From Tubiluchus corallicola (Eukaryota > Animalia > Priapulida): a stretch of DNA of 64,000 nt. Each line of letters begins with the position of its first letter. Positions within the stretch are counted from its first letter, which is position 1. Positions 63,273-64,000 of this stretch are shown here, in pieces. The translations under genes were made by a program, and so were the position numbers. The stretch spans positions 248,001 to 312,000 of the forward strand of contig JAQGDQ010000074.1 of NCBI GenBank assembly GCA_030141605.1. The letters run 5' to 3'. The notes beneath the pieces are model-generated. The model had not been told where the DNA came from. It did not search any database and worked only from the letters and a program-made list of their open reading frames with translations.

Positions 63273-64000
63273 AAAAAAAATGGAGAATCAAATTGGATGC
63301 TTTTATCCTTTATTGATAATACATCCTACTTATGATACCACAGGAGATATATTTCACACTGCTTGGAATTGCAAAGATACTTCACAACTTTTATACGATC
63401 ACGTGTACACACGTAGCCTTGGACAGATTAATTCGAATATTGAATATGAGTAAACAGTAAAGTTTTGTCTTACATATAAAAAGTGTACATCTGCCCGCTT
63501 CTCATTTGTGTGTTTCGTGCTTGACGTCTCGTGCAGTTTTCAAATGTATAACTATAGTAGCGTATTGCAGACGAAATTAAGAAATTAATAAATAATAACA
63601 TCCGCACAGACATTCTGAAAGCATTTCTTAGCTGGCAGATCCAGCGTGCTGCACCGTTGCCCTTGAAAAAGCCATTTCTACATTAAAGCACAAAAGCATT
63701 GAAATGGCAGGCTTAAAAATTTTGTTTAAAGACGTAACAATTTCTTGCAGCATCATTGATATTTGAAAGCTGCTTAGTAGTCAAAACGCTGCCAAACGTT
63801 TTCAAACAGATTACTTGGTAATACCATGATAAGAAAATCCTGAAAGTATCTTCTATAACGTTCTAGCGGCGTTATTGTCTAAAAGTGGGCAACGTAGTCA
63901 CCCTTATCAATGTGATTATGCAGAATCAGAAAGAATTGTTGCCAGCTTGAAAAATCGGTGATGAAGAGGCAAAAACGAAAAAAATGTCACCGAAGTTTTT

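Noticed and set aside
63011-63274. Phe/Ser/Leu-rich hydrophobic ORFs
   Set aside because: Products of a polypyrimidine low-complexity tract.

Overview
This is an AT-rich eukaryotic window, most likely from an invertebrate animal; nothing in it looks prokaryotic. It is dominated by a complete Integrator complex subunit 1 gene (INTS1, + strand). I assembled 41 coding exons by hand (6938-57992, all GT-AG, phases compatible, 6234 nt, about 2077 aa). A divergently oriented NDUFA1 (complex I MWFE subunit) has two coding exons on the - strand (3312-3214 and 653-567) that the ORF track missed. The most notable feature is a tandem pair of intronless, antisense class A GPCR paralogs nested in the ~12 kb INTS1 intron 12. 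Both lack the TM6 'toggle' tryptophan and the usual TM2/TM4/TM5 prolines, and their C-tails differ greatly in length. Mobile DNA includes decayed LINEs, a probable Mutator-like remnant, a pogo/Tigger-type element with TA duplication, a hAT element with an 8-bp TSD nested in a TTAA-flanked element, and a long-TIR element between the GPCRs. There are also micro- and minisatellites. Homology calls come from recalled family motifs, not database searches.
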